From: Geosiphon pyriformis uo1
Taxonomy: Eukaryota; Fungi; Glomeromycota
Reading direction: 5' to 3'
Length of the DNA: 64,000 nt
Assembly: GCA_016748015.1 (NCBI GenBank)
Contig: JAAOMT010000328.1
Location: 512,955-576,954 of the forward strand
Below, one piece after another: positions 1-11,603 of the stretch (its first letter is position 1; the number at the start of each line of letters is the position of its first letter). Position numbers and translations under genes: made by a program. The notes under the pieces are model-generated. The model did no database searches. It saw only the letters and a list, made by a program, of their open reading frames with translations, and was not told where the DNA came from.

Positions 1-120
1 TCTCTCTTTATGGCTAACATATACTGGTCATATGGTAGAATGAAGATTGATTGATGAGTTGAAATAATTTCTCTTTTGTCAACAATTTCTTTCTTTGCCA
101 TATTGACTAATATATCTATT

Positions 121-515
121 CTACCTGTTAATTCAAATCCTTGTATCCCTCTAGCTGTAATCCCTAATTCTTTCCTGTTTTTCACTGATACTAACTGAGC
201 TATTTTCACCAGAGGTAGGAATATTGCCTGTGCTATTTTTTTGTTTGGGTCTATGGTATATGCTTTTTCTGAATTATTTTGTAGCATAGCAATAATATTC
301 CCTACATATCCTGCATTAATTATTTCTCCTTTGATGTTTATTCCTTTTTTTGCTAAACTACTTCTGGATGCTAGTTGAATCATTGTTGTTGCTAAGATTT
401 TTAATGCTACTTTGAAATCAATGCAGATGTGCGAATGTGGTTCCAATTTAATGGGATTTTTCCCTGGATATCTCAGATCAAATCCTGCATCAGTATTGTG
501 CACATACTCAGGCAT
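121..515 (-). pseudogene. Retrotransposon-encoded trimeric-type dUTPase domain (copy A)
   Basis: Manual translation: DAGFDLRY, QLASRSSLAKKG, GEIINAGYVG, KKIAQAIF, RGIQGFELTG = motifs 1-5; frame stays open to the window edge, so it is missing from the ORF track. Confidence 0.9.
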
Positions 516-1749
516 GATATCTTCATTATTATCGCTGAATCATTTTAGTTCCTGCTCCTTGGTAAGGTCAGGAAGTGTGATAAATATTTTGGGATATGAA
601 TCAGATTTTGAATTGTCATAATTTGTGTTGCTAATTGGAGTGGAGCTGGAACCATTGTTTTTATCATCATTGTTGTTGGAGTTTGAATCAGGATTGAAAA
701 CTGATTTCAATTCTGATGTACAGCTGCTTATTGGTTTGTTTTTTTTTGGGATTGTGTAGATCATGCATGGTGGTGGATTGTAAATGAGGTCACACTCATT
801 ACAATATTAAAAGTCACAAGGAATTAGGCAGTGTTGACATAGTCAAATATTCAATTGTTCTAAGTGTTGCTCTTGCTCTTCTCTTGTGGGTGCTAACTTC
901 TGGTAGTGTTCATGAAATTGTTCTGGATCTAGAAGATTTATGACTAGTTCTGGATCCCAGTCAAGTTCTATGAATTCTGATGAGTTGTTTTTGATTTTTC
1001 TGATTTCTTCAGACAATGCTCCTTCTATCTTGGCCATTGTCATTCTCCAGATCTTGTTGTCATTGTATGGACAACTGTCTAATCGCTGCACAGCTCTTCT
1101 CCAAGCGGCTTCTATTGGAGTTTCTTTTTTGACCCAGTCACTGATAAGAATTGTGTATTAACACAAAGTGTTGTACGTTCTTCCTTAACCAGGAATATCA
1201 TTCCACATTCCTTCGTCAAGTAAGGTTTCACCACAAGCTAGGCAAGATTCATTGTTCCATTTTTCTTGTCTTTTCGGTTGTCTAAAGCATTCTATGACAC
1301 ATGTGCAGTAGTAGAATTTGGTTGCTGTTTGGTATTCCTTATCATTGTCATAGCATACATCTATTGACAACAATTTCTTGTCACAATTGACGTATATTAA
1401 TTTGGGTTGGCAATAGTTTGACTGTTGTGATGGAGCATAAGTGTCTGGAATATAAGTATTGTTGGCTTGGATAGTGTCTTTTTCTTTTCCTTTCTCTTTG
1501 CCTCTTTCTTTTTCTTCTTCCTACCCCCAATTTACTGTCAGTTTGTTGTCGTCATTGTCAGTCCATGTCAGATTGTCAGTTTCTCAGATGAGTTCTTCTC
1601 TTTGTTTTTTTTTTACTGGCTCATCCCATAATAGTATTGGCAGCAGTTTATTGTGGTTATTGTCAGCCCACAACACTTGGTATGCCTCCCAGGTAGGTTT
1701 TGGTTTTTTTTCTTTCAGTTCAATCAATAGTGTAAAGAGATGATTTGAT

Positions 1750-2140
1750 TTAAAGTGACCACAGATGGCTGGTACTCTTGTATGTTGGTTATGCTAACTG
1801 AGTTGAACCTCTTGCATGTTCCAGTCCATAACAGCACTGGCTTTGAACAACTAGTCATTGCCAACAAGGGCCTAGTACTGGGTGGCTTCCATTACCAGTA
1901 CCTTAATTAGTATAATGATGCCATTGACTTCTATGGGTAGATTGTCAATCTCTCCAATGGGTGTTTTGGTCACTTCATCGGCTGTGATAATTCTGATGCT
2001 GGCAGCACGATTAACTCAGTGACTTAATTGATCCATAAGTTGTCTGGTGATGATACTGCCAGCTGATCCATTATCTAAGATCAGTTTGATGGAGTGTTCA
2101 TTAACTTTCGCATTAGTGTACATAGTTATGATGGGTTTTT
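1750..2140 (-). pseudogene. Retropepsin aspartic protease of copy A
   Basis: IKLILDNGSAGSIITRQLMDQL, followed by ALVGND; homologous to 5641-6129. Confidence 0.85.
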
Positions 2141-2900
2141 CTTCTAGAGTGGCTCTACTGAATAGCAGTATGGTTGTGGTTTCCTTGAGTTCAAAGGGAA
2201 AGATGACAGCTAATGATTTGTCATTGGTGACAGTTGCTGGTAGGATGTTATTGGTAAGTGTTATTTGTTGATGGAGTTCTGGGTTGTTGGTAGTAGTGTT
2301 TTCTGGGGTAACTAGAAGACTTAAATAGTGTTGGGAATTTGGGTTTTGGTTGGAACCAGTACCCAAATTCTGAGAATGTGATCTAGTGAATTGGTGGAAG
2401 GAGCTGAGGATTGGTTGGTGAACAACCATTGCCAATTTCCAGTTTTGGGTAATTCTGGGTCTGAGATCTCCTGATGTTATTTGAGCTGGGTTTTGGGGTG
2501 GTGTTTAGATTGATTGTTGAGACTAATAGATTACTTGTGGCTGCAGTTAATATATTACCAGTGGCTGCAGCTGGTAAATTGTCTGTGGTTGATAAATTAG
2601 GATTTGATATATTAATGGTTGATAGATTGGTTGCTGCATCATCAGCAGGTAAGTGGTTTGATATTGTGCTGAGTTTGATTGATAATTCAGAATTGGGAAC
2701 CAGTGATCGGGGCTTCAATATTGATTTCTCAATTGTTGGTTATTTATATGCTGACAGCAGTCAATTTGGATATGTTTTTGTTTACCACAATAGTGGCAGA
2801 TACGCATTTTCTGTTGCCACTGTTGATTGGTCAATAAAGATGAACATAGTTGGTTCTGTGAATGATTAGAGTTTTCTTGATTATGACATCATTGTGGTGG

Positions 2901-4562
2901 TTAATAAATTGTCTGATTGTTGTTAGCTAAGTATCTCTCTATCTTCTGATTAATTGTTTTACTGAATTTCTCCAATTTGGAATCCAATTCAGATGATCTG
3001 TTCATCACTAGATTAACAGCTTGGGCATGGTTGGCTTCTAATTCAGCTGATTCAAAATTTCTGGCATGAGTGACTGCATCTTGAAGAGTGCCTGGATACA
3101 ATGGATGTATATGTTGCAAGATACTGCTGCACAGGCCATGGATAAACTGGTTGAGAATTTGTGGTGCTGTGAAATAGTTGGTGTCAATTGCTTGAATTTG
3201 GTGCAGGTTTCTATAGAAGTGTCCTAGGTAAGTAGTAACTGCTTCAGTTTCTCCTTGCTTCATGGTGGTGAATGTATTAACTAGGCGATTAATACTGTTA
3301 CTGTTGCTGAAGTATCTTAAAAATTCCACTTTGAAGACATTGAAGTCTTGTGGTTTATTAATCAAGCTCTAATACCATGAATTGGCAGTATTCTTGAGGA
3401 AGTAGAGAATGGCTTGCATTGCTCAGGTGTCATTCTATCTATTGGCTGCGATGGCTTTTCTCACATTGTTCAGCCATACTTGAGTGTCATCCTCTTTGCC
3501 AGTAAAATTATCAAGTTTTACAATTGGTATGTAGGCCATTGAGTCTACAATGGGTTGTTGTGGTGGCTATTAAAGTGGTTGTTGTATGAGTTTGGCTATT
3601 GAATTAATTGGTGGTTGATTGATAATGATTACTGAAGGTAAGTTTTGTTGATTAATTAAGTTGGGATTTCGGTCATTCTGATTTGGCTGAGCTTGAAAAT
3701 TTGGAGTTTTGATTTCCAGATTTTCTTGGTTTGGATTTTTTGGAGTTTGAACATTCAGGGTTTCAAATTCCAGGTCTTCTGGGATTAGGTTTTGGTATGT
3801 AAATTCCTGATTCTCAGATTCTTTTTCCTTTTCTTCTTGTTTTCCTTCTGATTCTGTGACTTTCCAAGAACTCGCGGTTCTGAAATCTGGTTGAGGTGGT
3901 AGTGATCAAAATCTTAATGGTGTTGGTGATCATAATTTAAATTTTTCAAAATATGCACCATATGGTCCTAATAAGTCTTCTTTCCTTTGTTTACTTTGAA
4001 ATGAGAATTGTCTAACTGTTGATGTCGCATTCGATGTGAACACATCTGTTAATGTGATATTGATGGTGCTTCTAGAAGTATAATAATATGATGGATTGGT
4101 GGGTGATTTAACTTTGTATTTCTTCCAAGTGGGTGGTTGTATTCCTTTGGGTGTTACTGCTGATGTTTTTAGTTTTTCTTTGCTTTTACTTGCATAGGTA
4201 ATTGGGTATCTCTGTTGGGTGTAATGTTCAATTTCTTTATTAATTTCAGTAATAATGGATGCAAAATTATAGTTTGTTGATAAGCTGCTGTTTTGGATTA
4301 ATTTATTGTAAAAAGTCTTCCTTACTGATTCAGTGTTTGTTGCTGTTCCTAATAAATAGGCAATTTTTTTATTGACATAAAAGTTGAAGGCTGATTCTGT
4401 TGATATGTGATTCAGGATTAATCTTAAGTGTTGACAGTAGTATTGAAATAAAGATTTCGTGAATCTTAAATGGTTTGCTCTTATGTTTTCAGATTCTGCC
4501 ACTTTTGGATGGGGTTGTTGGTGCTGGTTCTCTGTAAGATTATATCTTACAGGAAGCACCAA
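2901..4562 (-). pseudogene. gag of copy A: N-terminal extension plus capsid-like domain
   Basis: ORF fragments 3930-4562 and 2901-3365; MAYIPIVKLDNFTGKEDDTQVWL at ~3540 is a typical retrotransposon gag capsid start. Confidence 0.8.
4544..4561 (-). promoter_or_regulatory. Primer binding site of copy A (TGGTGCTTCCTGTAAGAT)
   Basis: TGG begins 2 nt after the LTR terminal CA; related sequences at 12791, 16066 and 55165. Confidence 0.8.
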
Positions 4563-4563
4563 A

Positions 4564-5451
4564 TGTTACAGGTAATTATTTGGGGTCTCAAAGCAAATAA
4601 CAAACTCGTAACTTGGTGCTCAATTGATTAATAATGCTGGTAATACTGGTATGTTGGTTGTATTTGAAGGTTTTGGAGTTGAGTCCTTTGTATAATGAAC
4701 AGAGATTCTTTGTTGATGTTATTCGCAGTTAGTTTGTGTAAGTTGTTTCCTAATTTTTTTCTCAGCTTAGTGGCTGGATTTATTCTGGCAGTCGTGCCCT
4801 TCTGGTAAGCTATCTGATAATATATATAATGCTGCTCTTATCTCTGGGTCTTTTACTAGGCTATCCATGACATCAATAACTCAGTGTTTTTAATCAATTA
4901 ATATACAACAAAATCAAATAAAAAAAAATAAAAGAAAATAAAGAAATATAAGAAATAAGCCAAGGCAATTTGCAAGTTAGTATCCTGTCAATAGCTGTAA
5001 TCAAAAGCTATTGTTCCAGTGTGGCTAAGTATTAATTACTATCAACATAAAGTATTAATAGTGGAGAGTGAATTGAGATAGTGAATAATTATTTATTGAT
5101 ATTTGTGATGTAAAAGGTTTTTAACTAATGGATTCTGCTTTTTTTCTACTTTTAACACTACCATTATATATACATAATTGATGTTCTATGAGATTGCTTA
5201 CATTCTTGAGTGATGTGCTATGATTTCTTGAGCAATGCTCACATTATTGAGCAATGTGTCATATTTTTTTGATATCGCTCCACATTGCTGAGCAATGTGC
5301 CTTGATTTTTGATATTGCTCCACATTATTGAGCAATGTGCTATAATTTTTGACATTGCTTCATATTGCTGAGCAATATGCTCATGTGCTAACTACTACTT
5401 TGCCTATTGGTCTACTATTTTTTATAACTGTTTTTTTTTGTATGAGTAACA
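4564..5451 (-). repeat. 5' LTR of copy A (888 bp)
   Basis: TG...CA ends with 6-bp inverted repeat; similar to 11604-12352, 51987-52800 and 57350-58251. Confidence 0.92.
5191..5385. repeat. ~40-bp tandem repeat (~5 units) in LTR U3, each with a CACATTGCT-G-AGCAATGTG palindrome
   Basis: Units at ~5201, 5241, 5281, 5321 and 5361. Confidence 0.9.
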
Positions 5452-5640
5452 TCAGGCACTGGATATGCCCAAAATCTGAATTTCCAGAACTATTTAAGTC
5501 TCCTGGTTAATCCAAAAGATGCCCAACCCAATAACCCGGAAACCAACCAATACTTAACACTTACCAGCAACATTCTACCAGCTACTATTACTGAGAACAA
5601 ATTACTGGATGCCATCTTTCTATTTGAACTTGAAGAACCA

Positions 5641-6129
5641 TTGACCATGCCATTATTTAATGGAGCCATTTTGAAAGAAAAACCCATTACTGTCATGTAC
5701 ACTGATGCCAAAGTTGATGGCCACTCCATCAAACTGATCCTAGACAGTAGATCAGCTGGCAGCATCATTACAAAACAACTTATGGACCAATTAGGTTGCC
5801 GAGTTGATCGTACTACCAGTGCCAGAATCATAACCACCAATAGAACAACCAAAACTTCTATTGGTGAGATTGATGACTTCCCTTTTAAAGTCAATGGCAT
5901 CATTATTCCCATCAAAGTTCTAGTAATAGAAGCAACCCAATATCAGACATTAGTAGGGAATGACTGGTTATCTAAAACCAATGCCATACTAGATTGGACA
6001 ATGCAGGAGTTCCAATTGAGCCAAAATGGTCAACACATATATGTACCAGCCACGTGTGGCCACTTCAAGATCACCAACTCAACAATCCCACTTATCGAAT
6101 TAGAAGAAGAAAAGGAGAAACCTACCTGA
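5641..6129 (+). pseudogene. Aspartic protease of copy B
   Basis: LILDSRSAGSII (ancestral DSG) and LVGNDWL. Confidence 0.9.
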
Positions 6130-7284
6130 GAAGCTTATTAGGTGTTCTGGGCTGACAAAGATCACAATGAACTACTACTTATACTCTCCTGGGACAACAA
6201 TGGCAAAGGAAAACAGAAAAAGACCAAACTTACCTAGAATACTAACCAAGCCTGAGAAACTAACAATGACCAGGAAGAACAAATAAATTGGGAATGGAAA
6301 AAAGACAAAAAAGAAAAAGGAAAGGGGAAGAAAGAAGAACCAACAACCAATAGCAACCCCACTTATAATTCCTACACTACACCCCACCAATCCACTTATT
6401 GCTGCCCAAAACTGGTATGCATCAATTGTGGCAAGAAATTGTTGTTAATGGGTGCTTGTTGTGACAATGATGAGAAGTACACTTTGACAACAAAATTTTA
6501 CTGCCACCCATGTGTTATTGAATGCTTTGGAAAACCAAAATGAGTTGGAAAATGGGACAATAAACCATGCTTGGCTTGTAGAGAAACTCTTCTGGATGAA
6601 AGAATGTGAAACAACATTCCTGGGCAAGGAGAAACGTGTGATGAATCATGTCAATACACAATTCTCATAAGCAACTGGATGAGAAAAGAAAAGCCCATAG
6701 AAGCTGCCTAGAGACAAGCTGTCAAATGTCTGGATGGATGTCCACACAATAATGACAAAATCTGGTGAATAGCATTTGCCAAAATCGAAGAAACAATACC
6801 AGAAGAGATAAAAACAATTAAAAATAACTCACCTAAACTTATAGAACTTGACTGGGACCTAGAACCAGTCATAAATCTTCTAGATTCAGAACAATTCTAC
6901 AAACATTATCAAGAGCTAGCACTCACAATAGAAGAGCAGAAACAATGCTTGGAAGAAATCAACACTTGACTATATGACTACTGTTTGATTTTATGTGACT
7001 TCCAGTATTTTAATGAGTGTGACCTTATTTACAATCCACCAGTACACATGATCTACATGATCTCAAAAGAGGAAGAACCAATCAATAGCTGTGCATCAGA
7101 ATTGAAATCAATTTTTAATCCCAATTCAAACTCCAACAATGATGATGACGAAAACAACAGTTTCAGCTTCACTTCAAATAGCAATGGAAATTATGATGAT
7201 TCAAACCCCAAAACATTTATTGCACTTCCTGATCTCTCCAAGGAACAGGAACTCAAATGGTATAGTGATAATAATAAAAGTATC

Positions 7285-7665
7285 ATGCCAGAACACGCAC
7301 ATGATACCGATGCAGGGTTTGATCTGAGATATCTGGGAAAAGAAGCCATCAAATTGGAACCAAATTCGTGCACATGTATTGATCTCAAAATAGCATTGGA
7401 AATTCCAGCAACAACCATGGTCCAATTAGCATCTAAGAGTAGTTTAGCAAAAAAAGGAATCAACATCAGAGGAATAATTGATGCTGGATACATGGGAAAT
7501 ATCATCACTATGCTGCAAAAAAGACCTATATTATAGAACCAAATAAAAAAATAGCACAGGCAATATTTTTACCTCTGGTGAAAATAGCTTAGTTAGTTTT
7601 AGTGGAAAAGAGAAAAAAATTAGGTATAACAGCAAGAGGGATACAGGGATTTAGATCAATGGGTA
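7285..7665 (+). pseudogene. dUTPase domain of copy B (frameshifted)
   Basis: DAGFDL, ASKSSLAKKG, GIIDAGYMG, KIAQAIF, RGIQGFRSMG. Confidence 0.9.
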
Positions 7666-8149
7666 GAATAGATATACCAGTTAATATGGCAGAAGAAGAA
7701 ATTGTTGACAAAGAAAAAATTATCTCAACTCATCAAACAATTTCTATTCCGCCATATGATCAGTATATATTAGTCATAAAAAGAGAAGTAAAGAATCAAG
7801 CTCATTTGTTTGAAGCAGAAGCCACTATTTGTGAATCAGGGAAAATTGGATTCATCAATCTCTACATATTAGCCAAAAGCCCCAAAAACATCAAAATCTC
7901 CATCTATAATACAACTGGAAAGGTTATCGAAATACCAAAGAGAATTATCATTAGATATTTAACCACCAAAGTTGAGAATTAACCACCAAACCACATTCCA
8001 GATTTTCCACAGCTTTGCAGATATGTGGACATTATATTACAAACCATCTACAGAAGAAGTGAATGTTATCTGCTCCAACCAAAACAATTGGAACAGATAA
8101 ACATAAGGAATCTAAATCCACTTCAACAGATGCAACTTAAGATGTTACT

Positions 8150-9498
8150 CAACAATTTCAATAACATCTTTGCCAGCGAAAATGAATTTGGCCAAACCAA
8201 CATCATCCAGCATCAAATTAAGACTGGAGATGCAATGCCAATTAAACAAAGAGCATACAGAATACCACTAGCTAGCCATGAGATTATTCGTCAAAAAATT
8301 AACTGAATGCTTGACAATAGGCTAATTCAGCTATCAATGAGTTCATGGTTATCACCAATGATACTGGTCCATAAGAAAAATGGGAAAATCCGTTTTTGTG
8401 TAGATTACCAGAAACTAAATAGAGTAACTAAAGGTAATAGCTATCTAACTCCAAAGATCCAAAAACTATTTGACACTTTTGGAGAAAATAAATGGTTCTC
8501 AACACTAGATTTAGATAGTGGTTACTAACAAGTAGCCAATGGATCAAGCCAACAAAGAAAAAACAGTGTTCATCACAAGAGAAAGAAATTTTGAGTTTAA
8601 AGTTATGCCATTTGGCTTGATGAATACTCCAGCAATATTCCAATGGCTCATGGAAATTGTCTATACTGGATTACTATGGAAATCAGTAGTCGTATACTTG
8701 GATGATACCAATGTGTTCTCAAAAACATTCGATGATCATCTGCATTATCTCCAACAAGTGTTTGAAAAGTTGAGAAGAGCAGGATTAAAACTAAATGCAA
8801 CCAAATGTTTCTTTGGAAAAACTGAACTCAAGTTTTTGGGACATGTAGTGAGCAAAGATGGAATCAAAACAAATCCAGACAAGATTGAAATAGTTAAGAA
8901 CTTTTTGGTACCAACCAACTTGACAGAACTAAGAGCATTTTTAGGTTTTACAGGCTATTATTGCCATTTTATCAAAGACTTTTCAAAACTGGCTCAGCCA
9001 CTTCACCATCTACAGACCAAAAATGTGAAGTATAAATAGACCGAAGCTTAACAAGAAGCATTTAACACATTAAGAAGAAAGCTTATCCAAGCTCCAGTAT
9101 TAATATATCCAAATCACAGCAAACCATTCATAATTACTACTGATGCATCAGATCAAGCATTGCAAGCAGTACTATCACAGAAAGGATCAGATGGAAGAAA
9201 ACATCCAGTAGTTTACACCAGTAGAAACTTAAGTTCAGCTGAGAAGAACTATGAAACTTCAGCACTAGAACACTTAGCTATCTATTGGGCTGTCATCAAA
9301 TAGAAGGAATACTTGAGTCAAAAGTTTGAAGTGTACACTGATTACAAAGAATTGACTTCAATTCAGAAACAAGAATTTGTAGACGACCATCATGCCAGAT
9401 GAAAAATAAAACTTTTATCATTCAATTATATAGTACATTATAAAAAGAGAAAAAACAATGAAAATGCTGATAAACTGTCACAAATGAGACAAATTTAA
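8150..9498 (+). pseudogene. Reverse transcriptase / RNase H of copy B
   Basis: KKNGKIRFCVDY, FSTLDLDSGY, MPFGL, YLDD, KFLGH, TDAS, NYETSALEHLA; several stops. Confidence 0.95.
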
Positions 9499-9528
9499 AA
9501 ACATTTCAACCCAAAAATATAACAAAAG

Positions 9529-10890
9529 ATGAATACACAAAAATACCAACAACTCTAGCATTATATAAATACCCAATTGTTCAAGGAGAAATTATCTCAA
9601 AAAGAACAAAGAAACATAAAACAACAATCAAAAAATTTTATCAACCATTAAAATATACTTTACTAAAAGAACAAAAGAAATCTAGATTAACCAACTAGAG
9701 TAATTACAGAACCAGAGAAAGAGACAATATTATTTAACATACACTCAGATCCAACAGCAGGATATTTTCATAAAGAAGTGACTATAGAAAGAATCAGAAA
9801 GAGATATTATTGGCCATCAATGTATCCAGACATCATCCAATATGTTCAAAATTGTGATGCTTGTCAAAAAAAAGAAGGAACAAGACCAAGTGAACCATTA
9901 AGACCAATCAAAGTGAGACAACCATTTAATCACATTGGAATTGACTTAGTCAGACCATTAACAATTACCAGTAAAAGCAACAGATATATTGCAGTAGCCA
10001 TGGATTATCTTACTAAATGGCCAGAAGCAAAAGCCATTTAAAAAGCAGATGCAGAATTCGTTGCTGAATTTGTCTATCAAGATTTGATATGTCAACATAG
10101 ATGTCCAAAAAAACTACTATCAGATTAAGAAACTCATTTTGTGAATAGAACATTAACAGAATTAAGTCAGAGATTTGGGATAAAAAGACCATTATTGTCA
10201 CCATATCATCCACAAACAAATAAACTAGTCGAAAGGTTTAACAGAACACTGTGTGAAACAATCACCAAAATCAGTCAAGAAAACTAAGATGAATGGGATT
10301 TGTTTATGCCATTAGTATTATTTGCTTATTAAACAATGAGACAAGATACTACACAAGCAACACTATTTGAATTGGTATATGGTAGGACAGCAATATTACC
10401 AGTTGAGAGAGAGGTCAGCACATATCCAACAGAAGCTAATTTCCAAGAAACATTGTTGAAAAGAACATATGACCTAATAGAAACACTAGGAAACAAATAA
10501 CAAAAAGCAGCTGATAACATTCAAAAGTCTCAAGAAAAGCAAAAAGAATAACACAATAACCAATTACCAGATAAACCAGTTGAATTCAAGATTGGAGACA
10601 AAGTACTTCTACATCATACCAAAGTGGAAAAACAATGGAATGAAAAATTTGATTCCAAATGGAACAGACCATTTCACATAGAAAAAATTCTTGGAAATAG
10701 AGCTTATAAACTAAGATGGGACAACAAAATCTTAGCCAAAGCAGCACATGGTAATCAACTAAAACCATACCACCAGATAGCATTATCATTTACCAATAAT
10801 ATTCCACAACTGAAAGTACAAAGAATATTAGTTCAACCAGATGAGATTTTATGAGATCTGAAACCAATCATAGTTATTGAACCAAACACA
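9529..10890 (+). pseudogene. Integrase of copy B (no chromodomain)
   Basis: HSDPTAG...YYWPSMY...CDACQ; GIDLV; YHPQTN..VERFNRTL; KWNRPFHIEKILGNRAYKL. Confidence 0.93.
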
Positions 10891-10932
10891 TAAAATCAAA
10901 CAATAAAAAAAGTATATAAAGACACAGTATAC

Positions 10933-11590
10933 ATGACAAAGACAACCAAGAAAAATGGAAATACCAGATTATATTCATGCTATAGCTCAACAATTATTCC
11001 AGGCCTTAAGTCAACAACCTTTAGACATAAAAATTATCATTAACAACCAAACAATTTGCTATCAAAACACCAAAAAAAAGACAAAAAATACACCATATTA
11101 GTGGTTACCAAAGAATAATAAAAACTGGTCAGATAACATAATAGAAAAAGTAAAAAACACTTTTGGAAAAATACCTATTATGGTACCAACAGAAGAACTT
11201 ACAAAAGAGAATTGGAAGCAATGGACAGAACAACTTCCAATATTATATTGTTACTACTAGTTAGGTCGAAAGTTGAATATTCAGGAGTTGTATATTGACA
11301 AATCTAAGAGAATATTTAACCAAAACATAATACAGCAAATTAAAGAATTTATTGGAAAAAAGACAAACTCAACACTATATGTGAGAACAATTTATCGACT
11401 GCACAACATATTTCAGAACTATTCAGAAATATTGTTACACTTTGACATAGAAACCATAACCATTAATCAATGGGGAAAAATGAACAATACACAAGTTGAA
11501 GACGTGAAGAACAGAGTCAAACAAACAATACTTGAAAAAGAAGTATTAGAATTAATTCAAAACAAAGATTTTGACAGAGCTCAATATTAA
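10933..11590 (+). pseudogene. Unknown ~220-aa coding region between integrase and PPT (copy B)
   Basis: Near-open frame MEIPDYIHAIAQQLFQ...DFDRAQY; divergent homolog at the same position in copy D. Confidence 0.7.
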
Positions 11591-11603
11591 AAAGAAGAGA
11601 TAA

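Larger units (their letters stand above)
1..5451 (-). mobile_element. Ty3/Gypsy LTR retrotransposon copy A (5' LTR, PBS, gag, protease, Cys-rich domain, dUTPase); continues beyond the window's left edge; inserted into copy B
   Basis: LTR 4564-5451 bounded by TGTTAC...GTAACA; PBS; gag capsid-like fragment (2901-3365 FKVEFLRYF...QGETEAVTTY); protease LILDNGSAGSII; dUTPase motifs; colinear with copies B and D; many stops. Confidence 0.93.

Noticed and set aside
5191-5385. Regularly spaced palindromic repeats resembling a CRISPR array
   Set aside because: The intervening sequences are copies of each other, the array lies inside an LTR, and there are no cas genes; it is a tandem repeat.
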